Source: Mobula hypostoma (Eukaryota). From it: DNA of 64,000 nt. This document shows positions 63,200 through 64,000 of this stretch, piece by piece; position 1 is the first letter of the stretch, and the number at the start of each line of letters is the position of its first letter. Both the position numbers and the translations under genes were made by a program. The DNA lies in the NCBI RefSeq assembly GCF_963921235.1, contig NC_086097.1, positions 38,070,001 to 38,134,000 on the forward strand. Reading direction: 5' to 3'. The notes below the pieces were generated by a model that was not told the DNA's origin, did not search any database, and worked only from the letters and a program-made list of their open reading frames with translations.

Positions 63200-64000
63200 C
63201 TCTAAAGTGAGGCTTTGTTTGGTTGCATGACAGCCCTGGGGAAAAAGCTGTTTCTGAGTCTGGATGCCCGTACTGGATGGGTGGAAATAGAACAGGCGAT
63301 TACTGGTGTGGGATGAGTCCATCATGATTTTGCAAGCCCAATGTAGACATCATGAGTTGCAGATGGTTTCCATATCTGGTAGTTGTGTCTCACTGATGTT
63401 CTGGGCAGTTCTGATCACTCGCTGAAGTGCTTTTTGGCCAATCTTCTTGCAGTTCGTGTACCATGCTGTCATGTAGTAGGTCAGCAGGCTCTCAGTTACA
63501 CATCGATAAAGGTTTACCAGCAGCATTGGAGGCAGATTTGCTCTCTTTAAACTCCTAAGATTGTATAGGCGCTGTTGAGCCTTCCCTACCGTCGAGGTGT
63601 TTGTGGTCCAGGTGAGCTCCTCTGTGATGTTCACTCCCAAAAACTTAAAGCTGGAGACCTTTTCCATTGGTTCACTGTTTGAGTAGTGGAGCTTATTCAT
63701 TTGATTACCTGAAACTGATCATCATTTCTTTGGTTTTTTAAATGCTGAGTGAAAGATTATGGTTATTGCACCATTCAGACAGTTTCTGCATCTCCTCCCT
63801 CTATGCTGTTTCATTGTTATTTGTAATTAATCCAATCACTGCGGTGTCATCTGCAAATTTGGTGGCACAGGCAGGGGCACAGTCATGGGTGAAAAAGTTG
63901 TAAAAGACTGGGTGCAGTACACATCCCTGCAGTGCATTGGTGTTCAGGGTCAGGGAGGTCGATGTGTACTTGCCTAGTCTGACTGGGTGTGATTGGCAAG
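63200..64000 (-). mobile_element. Rex1/Babar LINE RT C-terminal part, continuing past the window edge
   Basis: ORF 63350-63700 EKVSSFKFLGVNITEELTW..KAQQRLYNLRSL; antisense KFADDT (gtgtcatctgcaaattt) at ~63844. Confidence 0.9.

Overview
Eukaryotic vertebrate DNA, not prokaryotic. The repeat set (HE1-type V-SINEs, HER1-like CR1 LINEs, abundant Penelope-like elements, Rex1/Babar, L1/Tx1, an RTE 5' end, Charlie-type MITEs) points to a cartilaginous fish, probably a ray (inference). Most of the window is a mosaic of decayed, often nested retroelements; nearly all long ORFs are TE fragments or their antisense frames, and no complete host gene is recognisable. Highlights: (1) about 13 copies of the minimal type-I hammerhead ribozyme of Penelope pseudo-LTRs, three with an intact core; (2) TSD-flanked ~140-nt and ~220-nt fold-back mini-elements that start or invert at that ribozyme; (3) a chimeric insertion fusing an acidic, repeat-containing ORF to a truncated CR1; (4) an ORF1-only L1-like element with both ends; (5) TE-free islands at ~19.1-22.8 kb and ~61.3-62.4 kb with candidate exons, suggesting the window lies in large introns of an unidentified + strand gene. 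Boundaries were read by eye and are approximate unless a TSD is given.
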